A stretch of 64,000 nt of DNA, taken from NCBI GenBank assembly GCA_965235115.1, contig OZ249448.1, forward strand, positions 14,880,001 through 14,944,000. The letters run 5' to 3'. The position numbers and the translations under genes were made by a program. Numbering within the stretch: position 1 is the first letter of the stretch; the number at the start of each line of letters is the position of its first letter. The notes under the pieces were generated by a model. It ran no database searches, was not told the origin of the DNA, and worked only from the letters and a program-made list of their open reading frames with translations. Shown here one piece after another: positions 61,319 through 64,000 of the stretch. The DNA comes from Laetmonice hystrix (lineage: Eukaryota).

Positions 61319-62601
61319 TTACTACATCTGGGATTCCCTCGCCGCGAACGTTTATTGTGGTGGGAGTGAAAAATTCCCCATGACCTTAAAGGTGTCTCAT
61401 GTGTTGCAATATGCAGCTTGACATTTGCGAACCCCTTTGGTATGCAGCACAGCTTTGTCATTAGTAAGCGCTAGAGGACCTTGGTCACTTAATGAAGAAA
61501 CCGGTGAACGATTCTTGGAACATGTAAAGTGTAACGTGCATTTTGGGAACAGCCTTTTCTTAAATCTAAGCCAGCCCCTCCCTTCTGCAAGTTCCTTTCA
61601 CCTTACATCTTAGGATGTGCGTCAATAAAATATTCAAGGTCTTGAAAAAGGAATTTTGTGTCTTGCGGTGAATGGACAGTCACAGTGCTGTTGTGAGAAT
61701 TAACGTGAATTCGGTCTAAGGAGACTCAATGAATGTGCAAGCAGACAGGTTTCCCCTGAGTGGTGATGCTGTATTATTATAATAAACTGGGTTGATGGTT
61801 GACGGTGACCGGACCCAATCAGTCACACGTTGTGAGTTGGAGTAGGTTTGTGGACAGCTTCGGTCGGCCGAGGACGAAAGGTCTCAGGCCGATGGCAGGA
61901 GTATGTATCATGACGGATGAGGATAGCCAAGTCGTTTATTCCAAAGCGGAAAACCTTGTGAAGGAATGTTGGCTTATCAGGCGAACGTCAAGCCTCAGCT
62001 GGACACATTGACAATAGCTAAGCATGTATTTAGTGTTTATATTAAATCCTGCTCTACATACAAAAAATAGTATCCCAAAAATAGTATCCACTCAGAAAAA
62101 TGGACCACAAACGAACCTTTCATTATTATCAGCAAATCCGTCAGACATATGGGTAGACGAAGGTTTCACGTTGAAACCAGCGTATGGTACTCAGGCACTT
62201 AGCCAGCCCAATTGCCTAACCCAATATACGCTCCACACGATGCACGTCATACTATGATATCATTCTTGAAGAAGTAGAGACCAAGGCAGTTTCTCCTTCT
62301 TTAAGAAGAATAGAACATGTTTATCGAGTGGAACAGGTGACGCTGAATGCCCGATTGGCACTGGTTTCTAAATGTTTTCGCTTCATCTGTGTCTCGCTGA
62401 CAACAGACGATTGATGTTGGAGTACATCTCAAAGGTTGCCTAGCAGTGTGTGACCACTAGTTATTTGGACAGAGTGATTGATAACCAGAATTACCATTTG
62501 GGAGAAACGAAACCAGAAAGCCATGATCAGATGTATAAGAAAATTCCCAAGGTGTCGCTTACAATTTCTGATATGCCTTATTGGTGCATGGAATGTTAAC
62601 G

Positions 62602-64000
62602 TCATGAGTGAAGAGATATCGTGTGGAAATATTCTGGCGGTGCTGGCTCCAAATGACGTTTCCTGGCCACTAGTATACCTTGATGATCGCGAAAATAGGA
62701 TTCATCTGGTAAATGTCCACCTCGATCGAAGTCGGCGATATTAGCCTGACTCGTTGAAAGCCCAGAAATCTGACCGGAAGTAGATGAATGGGAAGTCGAA
62801 GTCACTGTGCCACTTGTGCTCTTAGCTTCTGTACAATCCTGGTTTACCGTTGAGCTCCAGAGCTTGGGGAGGGCAGGGGTCAGTTTACACTGAATGATTT
62901 GAAGCTTTGCCAGCTGGCCCGTCGTACGAGGTGTTAAATCACAATATTGGAAGCTGTCCGGGCACTAGTGTCTGGCTACAATCAAAGCCGATATCTGTTG
63001 GTGGAAACAAGAAGGTTCCCTGCTTAGAGTTTTCAAATTACTGTAATTGTTGTAATTACCGACACTAGAAAATGGTGTGTAACACAAATAAAACATTTTT
63101 ATTTGCCAAAATTGATCCTCTGTGTCTAGACAGATAATCTTCCGTGGCGAGAGTAGAATTTCCAGAAAGTGTTTTAGATTGTAAAGGATTAAAGTTTAAA
63201 AATTGATTTTCTGCATGTAATTTACGATTGATGGCTGCCTTCAGGTGAAGGTTTGTTTCTTTGCTGGTGGTTTGACCTTTGTAATATTTGTAGACGTTTT
63301 GCATGCTGCCACTGAGTGCCTTTTACCTGGCAGTGTTGGCTGGTGCGGGGGGGGGGGGGGTGTTTCAGAGTTACAATAACAGATCTCTGTTGGGGAGGGG
63401 GGGGGGGGGTCTGGGGTGGCGCAGTGGTTAAAGGGCGGGATCGTTGATCCAAAGGGAGAGCCGAGGCCTCACAGGACTTTCCTGCATAGCAGTGCTGCCG
63501 ACTGCTTTATCAAAGGCCGGCCGTGTCACGATACGTCTATGTGGAGGGGCACGTTACAGATCAATTGGAATCTATCGATAAGAGTAGGGGTTCGCCCGGT
63601 GCACGGGTTTCTTCCTATCATGTCAATATCATTATCACCCACTGGAGATCACGGACTGTGTTAGTTACCTTGTTCTCGCCCTGATATAGCTGAAATACTG
63701 CTGACTTGGCGTTAAACACTAAATTCATTCACTCAGTATGTCTGACGTTGTTTCAGGCTCCAGGAACTGTCCCATAACCCGGCCAACCTGGTGTCGGACG
63801 CTGTCTTTGATGATCCTTGGACATTACAGCTGACTGAAACACTGGGACAGAGAAATTACGTACGGGTGAGTAACTCGGGCCACATGGCTGACCGTCATCC
63901 ACATCTGTCAGATCCAATAGTAACAAATCGAAGGGAAACAGGCTCGTACCAGTATGAGATTATCTTGTGTTGTCTGAATGGCTGCTTTTAGTGGTTGCCG
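62602..64000 (-). CDS. Possible 3' end of an unidentified gene entering from the right edge (candidate exons >64000-63950, 63833-63788, 62828-62602)
   Basis: Three stop-free segments with GT/AG ends and compatible phases (0, 0/1, 1) give ...RQPLKAAIQTTQDNLIL|SAVMSKDHQRQRPTP|EAKSTSGTVT...RKRHLEPAPPEYFHTISLHS*. I recognise no domain. Confidence 0.3.
63413..63735 (+). mobile_element. tRNA-derived SINE with an invertebrate conserved central domain
   Basis: The head has an A-box-like ggggtggcgcagtggttaaag. The central part, atcaaaggccg...gcacgttacagatc...ataagagtagggg, resembles the MetaSINE/Nin-type core as I recall it. The tail gatatagctgaaatactgct...ggcgttaaacac ends in a (cattca)-like simple repeat. 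Confidence 0.7.

Noticed and set aside
61850-61900. Hammerhead ribozyme (hairpin followed by CGAAA)
   Set aside because: The CUGANGA core is missing in the required position.
63413-63490. tRNA gene
   Set aside because: There is no cloverleaf or B box, and the sequence continues into a SINE body.

Overview
Eukaryotic genomic DNA from an invertebrate animal, probably a lophotrochozoan (inference from the gene families and repeat types). It has GT-AG introns and is AT-rich outside exons. I assembled exons by hand and checked reading phase. Left to right the genes are: the 3' end of ESS2/DGCR14 (+); a 344-aa multi-pass membrane protein built from an internal duplication (-); a complete 18-exon SMG6/EST1A NMD endonuclease gene (-); a 26-exon natriuretic-peptide-receptor-type membrane guanylyl cyclase (-); a divergently oriented intronless rhodopsin-class peptide GPCR (+); and a possible 3' end of an unidentified gene at the right edge (-). 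Introns and intergenic DNA are full of small non-autonomous DNA transposons, several nested, plus fossil LINE, LTR and tyrosine-recombinase fragments and a tRNA-derived SINE. The most striking feature is a 19 x 58-bp minisatellite in the second-to-last intron of the cyclase gene. Each unit is a full copy of that intron's branch point, pyrimidine tract, AG and the first 17 nt of the exon. This gives 18 decoy 3' splice sites, and each would lead to a premature stop codon.
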